Below, piece after piece: positions 8,982 through 17,784 of a stretch of DNA of 64,000 bases. Source of the stretch: an uncultured virus (IMG/VR IMGVR_UViG_3300026551_000002) (taxonomy: Duplodnaviria; Heunggongvirae; Uroviricota; Caudoviricetes); IMG/VR virus record IMGVR_UViG_3300026551_000002. One strand, 5' to 3'. The position numbers were made by a program, and so were the translations under genes. The stretch's first letter is position 1, and the number at the start of each line of letters is the position of its first letter. The notes beneath the pieces are model-generated. The model searched no databases. It had not been told where the DNA came from and worked only from the letters and a program-made list of their open reading frames with translations.

Positions 8982-10204
8982 ATACTTTAGCTCCTGTAGG
9001 AGTCCAGCCAATTTATGAAATTACTGATGAGGATAGGAAGAGACAGAAGAGAGTTGAAAACGCTTGGAAGGCTTACGAAGGTGACTTTAAGAAACCATTT
9101 GATAAAATGCCGGATGAACCCGATATGAATATTATATCTAATCGTGTAGTTGAATTTGTTAATGCCAGCAATGATTTTTTATTTGCAAAAGAGCTTCAAA
9201 TCACATGTGACGAAGGTTCTCCTGCTAATGCTCAACAATTTATTGATGACACGTGGGGACGTAAGGAAACTAGAATTCCATTCTTGCTTAGATTAGGACT
9301 GAATGGAGCAATGGCGGGCTCTGCATTCTTGCGTATTGTTCCAGGTCGTAAGAAAGGCAAGTTTCGGCTTGTTGAGATAGACCCTTGTATTATCAATGTC
9401 AAAACAGCGCCTCAAGATTGCTTGACTGTTTTGCTCTACTGCATAGAATATGGCATCGATGGGAAGGATGCCAATGGCAAACCAAATAGAACGTATTATC
9501 GTGAAGAGATTTCTCGCATAGATCCAACAGAAGAGGATCCTTTTGGCTATGAGGATATGGATGCAGACGGCTTGGATAGCGATGTCACTTGGAGCATTCA
9601 GCATTGGACACAACAAATATCATCGGGCATGGCTCCGAAAAGTGGAGATTGGATACCAGCAGGAGAGCCATATATTTGGCCCTATCCTTTTTCGCCTATT
9701 TTCAGTTGTCAAAATCTTCCACGTCCAAATAGTTTCTGGGGATATCCTGATGTGATGCCATCTGTTATCGAACTTAACGACTCATTAAATCTTGTGCAAT
9801 CAAGTATTAATATTGAACGGAAGATCAGGCGATTGCTTGTTGGGCGTGGTATGGGTGAAGGAACGATTCGTGCTGAACCTGGAAAGATTTTACAGACGCC
9901 ACTTCCTGAGCAAATGATTGAAGCAGTTCAGGTTGCCTCAACTACAGCAGATGATATTGCCTTTGCAGCAAATTTACGATCTGATATTGATGAAGAAGTT
10001 TCTATTCCAGGTGTTGCAACCGGAAGGATTGATCTCTTGCCTCGCGGTATCACTGGTATTGCAATCGAACTTTTGTATGGACCAGCACTCAAGAAGACAG
10101 ACAAGAAGAGATGTACATACGGTGAAATGATCATAGATGTATCCAAAGCGCTGTTGGTTCTTAATAATATGCAAGCATCAGTAAGCGAAGGCGATGCAGT
10201 ATGA
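8978..10204 (+). CDS. Portal protein, SPP1 gp6-like, N-terminal part
   Basis: AWKAYEG, NRVVEFVN..FLF, NLPRPNSFWGYPD, TGIAIELLYGP; TTG start overlaps the HNH stop, with GGAGG RBS. Confidence 0.85.
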   Translation: MNTLAPVGVQPIYEITDEDRKRQKRVENAWKAYEGDFKKPFDKMPDEPDMNIISNRVVEFVNASNDFLFAKELQITCDEGSPANAQQFIDDTWGRKETRIPFLLRLGLNGAMAGSAFLRIVPGRKKGKFRLVEIDPCIINVKTAPQDCLTVLLYCIEYGIDGKDANGKPNRTYYREEISRIDPTEEDPFGYEDMDADGLDSDVTWSIQHWTQQISSGMAPKSGDWIPAGEPYIWPYPFSPIFSCQNLPRPNSFWGYPDVMPSVIELNDSLNLVQSSINIERKIRRLLVGRGMGEGTIRAEPGKILQTPLPEQMIEAVQVASTTADDIAFAANLRSDIDEEVSIPGVATGRIDLLPRGITGIAIELLYGPALKKTDKKRCTYGEMIIDVSKALLVLNNMQASVSEGDAV

Positions 10205-10663
10205 GAAAAATGCATTGTGAGCATTGTAATTTAACCATGCTTCAATGGGCATGGGGACAATTGAGCCCGATATGGTTTTTTACAAGAAGTAGAGATTTCT
10301 GTCAAGGATGGTCTACTTGGAAGTTTTATACTTATCTTCCAAGAGCTACGTTTATCTTCTATCGCAATATTATACCGTATGTATTGAGAGAGTTGATAGT
10401 GCAGCATGAGCAATAGAGATACACAATTTCAGAATTTTGCAAATGCGCTATATATGGAGTGTGTAGGTATTTATCAAGATGCATCGATTCGTGGGCGTGT
10501 TGACACTGAGCAACTTGTTATACGACATATAACGCGTAGGGCATATGATTTTGCCGTTCATGTTCTTGAGAATACTGACATAGTTGATCTTGATAGATTG
10601 CCCTCTGATGAGCATGTAGAGCGTATTCCAGACATGACTGAATTGGAGTCCAATCATGAGTGA
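10201..10663 (+). other. Two small ORFs (10201-10416, 10406-10663) lying inside the split portal gene
   Basis: Coupled ORFs between the two portal halves. Confidence 0.65.
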
Positions 10664-10973
10664 TGGAATAGAAGTAACGCTTAGTTGGGAGTCACCACTT
10701 CCCGTCGATGATTTACCAACAGTACAAGCATACGTGTTGCTTAAAAGCCTTGGTATATCGAATGACTCTATCATGCGCAAGCTTGGCTATGATCCTGAAG
10801 AGGAAATGAAGAAGTCAGCAGAGGAGGATGCTCAGGCAATGGCAAATAATCCTTTAGCTCAGCAGTTGCCACCTACAGAACCGGGAGTTGCAGGACTCCC
10901 AGGACAACCACCTGGAACGCAATCAACCCCCTTGCAAGGGGGAAATCAACAACAGAATGGAGGGCAACAATAG
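10656..10973 (+). CDS. Portal protein, C-terminal part
   Basis: IEVTLSWESPLPVD...GISNDSIMRKLGYDPEEE is the typical SPP1-like portal C-terminus. Confidence 0.8.
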   Translation: MSDGIEVTLSWESPLPVDDLPTVQAYVLLKSLGISNDSIMRKLGYDPEEEMKKSAEEDAQAMANNPLAQQLPPTEPGVAGLPGQPPGTQSTPLQGGNQQQNGGQQ

Positions 10974-10974
10974 C

Positions 10975-11265
10975 ATGGCAACAATTCCTAATCTCGCACA
11001 GCAACCTGGAGATCAGCAAGGTTTTCAACCTTCACTGAATGCAACTGTGCAAACAGCACAAGGTTGTGTGCATTTCAGTATGCAGACTGATCCTCTGACA
11101 ATCAAGACAACTATTGTTCCTGATCAACTGATGATTCAGGTGATTGCAATTTGGTTGAAAGAGCATCCAAATGAAGCTGCTCAAATTATTCGAGCTGTGA
11201 AAGATAATCATCGTCAAGAGATGGATATCATCAGGACAGTTGAATCTAGTAAGAATAGAGGGTGA
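10975..11265 (+). CDS. Hypothetical protein
   Basis: ATG directly after the portal stop. Confidence 0.55.
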   Translation: MATIPNLAQQPGDQQGFQPSLNATVQTAQGCVHFSMQTDPLTIKTTIVPDQLMIQVIAIWLKEHPNEAAQIIRAVKDNHRQEMDIIRTVESSKNRG

Positions 11266-11269
11266 CATT

Positions 11270-11527
11270 ATGCCTAGAGGAGGAGTTCGAGGACATCATA
11301 ATTATCCGAAAGGACGAGCTAGCAAAGGTAAAGCTGTAGTTGCTCCTTTGGCTCCTGCTATGAATCCAATGGTTGCTCCTGCTCCCAAGCCAACGAAGTC
11401 AAAAGGAGTTGGCAGGGGTCATGGCGCTCATCATCATGGAGCAGTGCCAAAGGCTCATCATTCTCATCCTGGTGCGCATCATCCTCGTCCTGGTGCTCAC
11501 CATCCACACAAGAAGAAGGTGAAATAA
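11270..11527 (+). CDS. Basic His/Gly/Pro-rich small protein
   Basis: GAHH repeats, Lys-rich end, no acidic residues. Confidence 0.65.
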   Translation: MPRGGVRGHHNYPKGRASKGKAVVAPLAPAMNPMVAPAPKPTKSKGVGRGHGAHHHGAVPKAHHSHPGAHHPRPGAHHPHKKKVK

Positions 11528-11703
11528 TGTCTAAAGCTCATCCCGGGTTTTCCAAGGTTGCATCTGGAATTGCGAGAAAGCAAGGCATCTCGAAAGGCGC
11601 TGCTTCTGCTATCTTGGCTTCTAGTACACGTAAAGCTTCTCCAGCAGCCAAGCGGAAAAATCCTAGGCTAAATCGTGTAGCAAAAGCAAAGAAAGGCAAA
11701 TAG
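11527..11703 (+). CDS. Small basic Lys/Ala-rich protein (58 aa, not in ORF track)
   Basis: MSKAHPGFSKVASGIARKQGISKGAASAILASSTRKASPAAKRKNPRLNRV; TAATG coupling. Confidence 0.7.
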   Translation: MSKAHPGFSKVASGIARKQGISKGAASAILASSTRKASPAAKRKNPRLNRVAKAKKGK

Positions 11704-11706
11704 AAC

Positions 11707-12605
11707 ATGGCAAAAAATGATGATACTGTACAAGTACCTGCAATAAGGCCTGTGAAAGTTGAGCCACAACCGGAGCCAACTTTTGTAGAGAAGCTTGAAG
11801 CTTTGATGAACCATGCAGTGCAGCAATCTATCCCTGCCAAAGGAGAGCAAGCTACAGAGCATCACCATCATTATGCACAAGTGGCGAATGCTCTTGGTGA
11901 TTTATGGCGCGAGGTGAAATCTCATGTCAGATGAATTGGTAGACTTCAAAGTTGAGCGGCCTGATTGTCATCATATGCAGACAATCTTTGCACGACCTCA
12001 GCAATCTATTGCAGACTACAATGCACGTCTTGTACCTGAACTTCGAGAGGCTATTCAAAAGCCTTGCGAACAGTGTGCAGAGGAGAAAGCAAAGCTAGCA
12101 AAGCAAAAACTTGATCAGGATTTGAGGGCAAAGAAATGAATGTAAAGTATACAGAAAGCCTTGAAACAAGAGTAGAAAAGCTTGAAAAGGCTTTAAAGGG
12201 TAAGGTTTCATCTGGCAAGACAATCACGGTAGAAAGAGATTTCTTTGAGCATTTATTGAATTGTATGGCAAATCAAAAGTACTTGCCTACGTTGGGCGCT
12301 TCTAATCATATGTCAGAAAGAGAAAAGGAACATCAAAAGGTAATTGATACTGCATATCACAAGGCTAGGGAGTTGCTATCCCCCATGCAAGGGGAGGAGC
12401 CAAAATGACACCTGAAGATCTTGCCAAGCTTTTATTTGAGATTGGTCATCAAGTGGCATCGAATGTGGATGGTGTTGAGTTTTTGATTATTTGGGAGCAA
12501 ATGCCTGAAGAGGCGAAAGCTTTCAAAATTGCAGTAGCAACAGAGTTTCTAAATCGATATGTGTTTGTTCCTGTAGATAAATTTGATGTATCAATGTTAC
12601 GTTGA
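11707..12605 (+). other. Four small hypothetical ORFs
   Basis: Coupled ORFs 11707-11934, 11924-12139, 12136-12408, 12405-12605. Confidence 0.55.
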
Positions 12606-12637
12606 CTTGACAAGAGATAGAAAGACAGGTTATAGTA

Positions 12638-13330
12638 ATGCCAGATGACCCCACAACTCCACCAGGAAGCGCGATGCCTCCGAATGGAACACCACCCGCG
12701 ACGGGTACAGGCTCAGGTAGTGCGACACCACCTACGAAGCCATCAGTTGAAGAATTGCAAGCTCGTATTGTAGATTTAGAGCGGCATGCGACCAACAAGA
12801 CTGAAGAAGCTGCTCGACATGGCAAATCTCTCACGGCTGCTGAGAAAGAATTAGCAGCATACAAAGAAAAAGAGAGAGTAGCTAGTGAGGCAACGCTTTC
12901 AGAGATTGAAAAATCAAAGAAAGATGTTGAACGAGCGACAGCAGAGAAAGCAGCAGTTGAGGCACAAGTTCAGCAGTTGAGACAGCAACTTGTGATGGCA
13001 GAGGTAAAGTTAGCAGCAAAATCGATGGATTTTATCAATCCTGAGATTGTTGCAAAGGTGATTGAGCTTGAGTATGACGAAAATGGACTCCCGACGAATC
13101 TACTGAAAGCGTTGGAGGATTTAGCTAAGTCCAATCCATTTTTGCTGAAACCCAAGGAAGAATTGCCACCCGAGCAAACAACACCTGCTCAAACTGCTAA
13201 TAATCAGAGACCGCCTAGCACGCCTGCCATGAATCCAGGTCGCTCAAGTATCTCAGCACCGAACACACTTCAGTCAGGTAGAAAAATAACGTTTAACGAG
13301 GCGTACGGGCCTCGACCAAGATCCACATAG
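12638..13330 (+). CDS. Capsid scaffolding protein
   Basis: Pro/Thr-rich N-terminus, coiled coil, LAKSNPFLL; directly upstream of MCP. Confidence 0.8.
   Translation: MPDDPTTPPGSAMPPNGTPPATGTGSGSATPPTKPSVEELQARIVDLERHATNKTEEAARHGKSLTAAEKELAAYKEKERVASEATLSEIEKSKKDVERATAEKAAVEAQVQQLRQQLVMAEVKLAAKSMDFINPEIVAKVIELEYDENGLPTNLLKALEDLAKSNPFLLKPKEELPPEQTTPAQTANNQRPPSTPAMNPGRSSISAPNTLQSGRKITFNEAYGPRPRST
12665..12733 (+). repeat. Three hairpins with GCGAY pentaloops
   Basis: Loops at 12671, 12698 and 12722, each with a complementary stem. Confidence 0.7.
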
Positions 13331-13341
13331 TTTCTTCATAA

Positions 13342-13410
13342 ATACCTGCGACGGGTATGAATGAAAGCCTGCGATAGGCACTCATTAACTTCAGGTAGCG
13401 CGATGCTCCC
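13342..13410 (+). repeat. Three hairpins with GCGAY pentaloops
   Basis: Loops at 13348, 13371 and 13400, each with a complementary stem. Confidence 0.75.
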
Positions 13411-13450
13411 AGAAGCATTTTTACTTGAAAGTAAATGGGAGCCTTTTTCT

Positions 13451-14476
13451 ATGGCAATTGATTCCAATGCGTATAGTCTAGCGGACTACGCTCTTAATTC
13501 CAACTCTCCGATGGTACGTGCAATTACGTACTCCCTCATAGAATCGGGTAACGTCCTTCAAGATATGCCTATTTTGACACAGGCAACCATGATAGCCAAT
13601 GGTGTCAGGTTCGAAGGCAATCTTCCAAGCGTCAATTGGTCTGCACTCAACTCTGAAGGCGTGACCACACGTGGTACGCCGACCCCGTATGCAGAGCAAG
13701 TGTATGTCATCAGAAACTATATCGATGTAGATAAGCTCTACGTTGAAGATGTCAACAGTATTCAAGATCCGCGTGCAACACAAACAGAAGCGTACATGAA
13801 GGCATATACCTATGATATGAACGATAAGTTTTTTAACAACGATCATATTGCAGGAAATGCCAACGCTCCAGTAGGTATTAAGTTTAGGATAAACAATGGC
13901 GGGATCTTTGGTGTACGTCCTGAGAACAGTATCAAGGCCGGTACTTCAGGCTTAGACATTTCGCAAGCAGCTCTTACCACTGCTGCTACTATCTCCAATG
14001 GCAACATCCTCATTGAATTCCTTGACCAGCTTTTGTGGTCAGTAGACTCTCCAACGGGTACAGGTGTTGTTCTTTACATGAATGAAGTAGCAAGGCGTCG
14101 TGTTAATTTTGCGATTAGAGCATTGGGTACTAGTGGTGGTTTTGATGTATCGAAAGATATGTTTGATCGCAGTATTGAAATGTACAAAAATGCCACTATT
14201 CGTGATCCTGGCTATAAAGCAGATCAGGTTACCAGAATAATTCCTAAGAATGAGGATGTGAACGGAAATACTGGAGGTACTACCTACACCAGTATTTATG
14301 CTGTAAACACAAGCGCAGACCACATGCATGCATGGCAGTTTAGCGAAATAAATGCTCGTGATCTTGGATTATTGAATAACGATGTAATCTATAGAACCAG
14401 CATTTCATGGGCTGTAGGTATGATGAATAATAGTACACGTAGTTTAGCAAGATTGTATGGTTTGAACTTAGGGTAG
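13451..14476 (+). CDS. Major capsid protein
   Basis: About 341 aa after the scaffold; LPSVNWSALN, IDVDK, TSIYAV, SLARLYGL resemble HK97-fold MCPs. Confidence 0.85.
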   Translation: MAIDSNAYSLADYALNSNSPMVRAITYSLIESGNVLQDMPILTQATMIANGVRFEGNLPSVNWSALNSEGVTTRGTPTPYAEQVYVIRNYIDVDKLYVEDVNSIQDPRATQTEAYMKAYTYDMNDKFFNNDHIAGNANAPVGIKFRINNGGIFGVRPENSIKAGTSGLDISQAALTTAATISNGNILIEFLDQLLWSVDSPTGTGVVLYMNEVARRRVNFAIRALGTSGGFDVSKDMFDRSIEMYKNATIRDPGYKADQVTRIIPKNEDVNGNTGGTTYTSIYAVNTSADHMHAWQFSEINARDLGLLNNDVIYRTSISWAVGMMNNSTRSLARLYGLNLG

Positions 14477-14480
14477 GCAT

Positions 14481-14873
14481 ATGAAATCAGATACACGTAC
14501 AGTTTTGAATACATCCCTGTCGGTTGTATCATCTTATTCATCTAGTTCTCTTGATGTTGGAGATTTGTATGAGTTAGCGATAGATATGTCTGTTACTCAA
14601 GTAGTTTTTGTAGCTGTTAATGATAGTGTTAGTTTTAATCTTAGTAGAATTGGTGCTGATGGCAATCTCTATTTCCTCAAGGGAATATTAGAATTGGATG
14701 AGACTACTCTTGGAATAGGGACTCATAACTTTTCACCAGCAGATACTTTTTCAATAAATGTGGGAGCGGGGCTTCCTACAAATGTTTCATTTGGAGATCA
14801 GATCCAAGTTGATTTAGTGGTTTCTTCTGGGTGTAGTTTAACGACTACCCTCTCAATTAAGGGCAAAGGGTAG
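14481..14873 (+). CDS. Putative virion beta-sandwich protein
   Basis: Beta-rich composition, position after MCP. Confidence 0.5.
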   Translation: MKSDTRTVLNTSLSVVSSYSSSSLDVGDLYELAIDMSVTQVVFVAVNDSVSFNLSRIGADGNLYFLKGILELDETTLGIGTHNFSPADTFSINVGAGLPTNVSFGDQIQVDLVVSSGCSLTTTLSIKGKG

Positions 14874-14891
14874 CCCAGAAAGGAAACGATT

Positions 14892-15287
14892 ATGCCACAA
14901 GATTCCAACCTAATTTTACAAGCAAGTGTGACTAAAACGGCTACATTTAATGGTGCAGCGATTATTCTTCCTGGTGGTACACCACGTAGGGGACTTGTAG
15001 CACGTGTGATTTATTCAGCAACACAACAGGCATCAGGAAGTGGAGTATGGACCTTCAGCATAGACGTATGCTATGATGGAGTCCCTACTACATGGAATGT
15101 CGATTTTGTTGCTCCTCCCATCACGCTCACTGCTTCTGCTCAAAGTGGTGAAATCTTTATTCCATTTAGTATTTCACCTACTAGTGTTGTTAATGGAACT
15201 CAAATCCGTTTGTCAGCAACTCTTTCTGGATCACCAACTACTCCTACCACTACATATAGTGGTGCATTGGTAGTTGGTCGTCCCTAG
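14892..15287 (+). CDS. Putative capsid decoration/cement protein
   Basis: Thr/Ser/Gly beta-rich, position after MCP. Confidence 0.55.
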   Translation: MPQDSNLILQASVTKTATFNGAAIILPGGTPRRGLVARVIYSATQQASGSGVWTFSIDVCYDGVPTTWNVDFVAPPITLTASAQSGEIFIPFSISPTSVVNGTQIRLSATLSGSPTTPTTTYSGALVVGRP

Positions 15288-15307
15288 TGAACGTAAAGTG
15301 AGTAAGT

Positions 15308-15922
15308 ATGGCACGTGCATCTATGGCTGCTCTCATTTCAAGAATACGGGATTTGACCAACGACAACTTGCCTGCTGGCAGTGGGCAAGTGTGGTCTGAT
15401 AATCAAATCCAGGATGTATTAGACGAGGGGCGTATAGATGTATACAACGGTCATTTAACTGAGAAGCCAACGTTTTCAGGAAGTACAATTCAGTACTTGG
15501 ACTACTTCAGTGAATATGGAGGATGGGAAACGGACTATGTTTTGAAGCAATACTTGACAGTAGCTATCACACCATCATTTGTAGAGCCGATAGCAGGACA
15601 TTTTCAGTTTGCTGTAAATGAGTTTCCTCCAGTTTTTATCACTGGAAAGATATATGATGTCTATCGTAGTGCAGCAGATATTCTAGAGCGCCAAGCTGCA
15701 CAATGGGCATTGCGTGTGAGCATGACGGTGGATGGTCAGACCATCCAACGGGGGCAAGCTGTAATGGCGTTGTTAAATCTTGCAAAAACTTACAGAAGAA
15801 AGCAGAGGCCTCGTACCATCACAATGAAACGTGGTGATTTTGTTGCAAGCGAGGCTAATCAAGCCTTGAATCTTGAGCCTCGAAATATTGACTACTACAG
15901 CTCGGGATCGAAACAGGGATAA
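15308..15922 (+). CDS. Head-tail adaptor
   Basis: LISRIRDLTND...WSDNQIQDVLD, DVYRSAADIL; synteny. Confidence 0.7.
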   Translation: MARASMAALISRIRDLTNDNLPAGSGQVWSDNQIQDVLDEGRIDVYNGHLTEKPTFSGSTIQYLDYFSEYGGWETDYVLKQYLTVAITPSFVEPIAGHFQFAVNEFPPVFITGKIYDVYRSAADILERQAAQWALRVSMTVDGQTIQRGQAVMALLNLAKTYRRKQRPRTITMKRGDFVASEANQALNLEPRNIDYYSSGSKQG

Positions 15923-15928
15923 ATATAC

Positions 15929-16303
15929 ATGAATACTTTAATGACTCTTGAACTTGCTCAAATGAGGACAGATGCCTATGCAGTTGTATTTGACAAGAAA
16001 TGCACCATCAAGCGTGATAGCCAAACATTTGATAGTAAGGGTGGAAGTCCTGATAACTATATCGATATTGCAGACAATATTCCATGCGCAATGGTTGGAT
16101 TGTCAATGCCAGTGCAGTCAATGTTGGCTGGTCAAAATGTTGGCATAGATGCAAGAACGCTGCACACGCCATTTGGAACGGATATCATGGTAAATGATGA
16201 GGTAACAATTAATAATGTGATTTATCGTGTACTTGCTCCCTATGGGGAAAAGACGATCCAGATATTTACGAGCGTTATCATACAGAAGAGGACAATGGCA
16301 TGA
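15929..16303 (+). CDS. Head closure protein
   Basis: CTIKR..DSKGG, PFGTDI...DEVTINNVIYRV. Confidence 0.75.
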   Translation: MNTLMTLELAQMRTDAYAVVFDKKCTIKRDSQTFDSKGGSPDNYIDIADNIPCAMVGLSMPVQSMLAGQNVGIDARTLHTPFGTDIMVNDEVTINNVIYRVLAPYGEKTIQIFTSVIIQKRTMA

Positions 16304-16551
16304 TGGTGAACAACCAAGAAACAAACGAGGGTGATAAGGCATTCTATGTTGATCAGGATGGCGCAATATATGAAGCAGTTATCAAGAGTGTCAATGAAAA
16401 TGGAGAGGCAAGTCTTGATATAATTATTGATAGCTACCCAATTGAAGTGGTAGACGTACCACATAATACCAGTCCTGAGAAGCATTCCTGGAACCATCCA
16501 AGAAGTGCTGAAGAGGTTGCTACTCATTATGAACCGGATTTTTATGGGTAG
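16300..16551 (+). CDS. Hypothetical protein
   Basis: ATGA-coupled ORF. Confidence 0.55.
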   Translation: MMVNNQETNEGDKAFYVDQDGAIYEAVIKSVNENGEASLDIIIDSYPIEVVDVPHNTSPEKHSWNHPRSAEEVATHYEPDFYG

Positions 16552-16581
16552 TACTCTAACCACCTTGCAAGGGGAATTGAT

Positions 16582-16923
16582 ATGAATATGATTGCTAAGA
16601 TTACAGGACCGGACTTGGCGGCTTTGGCAGTTGCAGCAAATGCTGAAATTATAAGGGCCTCTGAGGATGATTTAGATGAGATTGCAGATCTTATTCAGTC
16701 CGATGCCAAGAATAATTGTCCCGTTGCAACCGGAGCACTCCAAGATGACATCAAAGTCTATGCCAGTCCTGGCAAGCGTCAAATAGGCAATATGAATGTG
16801 CCGTATAGCATTTTTGTCCATAACGGGACGTGGAAAATGAAGGCTCGTCCATACTTATTTAATGCATCTGAAGCAAATAAAAATAAATGGGTATCAATGA
16901 TATTAGCACATTCAGGTGTATAA
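16582..16923 (+). CDS. HK97 gp10-like tail completion protein
   Basis: AKNNCPVATGALQDDI, YSIFVHNGTWKMKARPYL. Confidence 0.85.
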   Translation: MNMIAKITGPDLAALAVAANAEIIRASEDDLDEIADLIQSDAKNNCPVATGALQDDIKVYASPGKRQIGNMNVPYSIFVHNGTWKMKARPYLFNASEANKNKWVSMILAHSGV

Positions 16924-17382
16924 ATGCCAACAATAACATCTGAAGGATTGGTATGGGATGCAATATATCTTGCACTTAGGAATGACGCGGGTTGCATTGC
17001 AGTGTTTCCATACTCAGATGGCAAAGCAGCAGTATTTGATGAAAATAATGTACCAGTAGGTCTTAATCCACCTTATATTGTACTTGGTGAGTCAGTGTCA
17101 ACTCCTGCTAATGTATTTGGAAAGAAAGGTCAAGATGTTGTTGCAACAATACATGGATGGAGTGAATACCAAGGAAAAACTGAGATATTAAAAATGCACG
17201 ATGCGATATTTAATGTACTTGATGACGGTCAATCAGGACCTCCGACTTTAACGCTTTTAGGAGGTGTATTTCGATCTATTGCTTGTTTGTATGATAATGG
17301 TCAAATACTACCAGATAACACGTCAAATATCAATAAATGGCATATGACTGATCGTTATCGAGTTTTAACGGAGGCAATTTAA
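16924..17382 (+). CDS. Tail terminator (DUF3168-like)
   Basis: PYIVLGE, IHGWSEYQGKTE; synteny. Confidence 0.75.
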   Translation: MPTITSEGLVWDAIYLALRNDAGCIAVFPYSDGKAAVFDENNVPVGLNPPYIVLGESVSTPANVFGKKGQDVVATIHGWSEYQGKTEILKMHDAIFNVLDDGQSGPPTLTLLGGVFRSIACLYDNGQILPDNTSNINKWHMTDRYRVLTEAI

Positions 17383-17775
17383 ATGGCCGCGTTACACGGA
17401 AAAGGTGGAAATGTATTAGTTGTTGCTGCCACGGTAGCAGAAATTGATGAGTGGCAATTGGACATAGATCGAACCTCTCATGACATCACCAAGTTTGCCT
17501 TGGGCTCTCTCCCATGGAAAGCGTTTATGGTTGGTCTCGTTGGCGCAAAAGTCAAGTTTCAAGGACGGCTTGACATGACAGATACCAATGGTCAAGTTGT
17601 TCTTTTTAATTCACTGACAACCGATGCTGCAATTGCAATGGTGCTCAACTTGAGTGCAACGCATAACTTTGGTTTTAATGCATTTGTTGAGAAATTTGCA
17701 GCAAAAGCACCATTGAAAGATCCTGAAACAGTGTCATGGGATATGGTGGTAACAGGTGCAGTAACCTACACGTAG
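17383..17775 (+). CDS. Tail tube protein 1
   Basis: EIDEWQLDIDRTSHDITKF...WKAFMVGL, VTGAVT end. Confidence 0.75.
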   Translation: MAALHGKGGNVLVVAATVAEIDEWQLDIDRTSHDITKFALGSLPWKAFMVGLVGAKVKFQGRLDMTDTNGQVVLFNSLTTDAAIAMVLNLSATHNFGFNAFVEKFAAKAPLKDPETVSWDMVVTGAVTYT

Positions 17776-17784
17776 GAGTTTGAC

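Noticed and set aside
10172..10655. Group I/II intron or intein in the portal
   Set aside because: The gap is filled by two coupled ORFs; no recognisable catalytic RNA core, maturase or intein motifs
13361..13450. Extended MCP N-terminus from the ORF track
   Set aside because: It overlaps the hairpin array; ATG 13451 is the more plausible start
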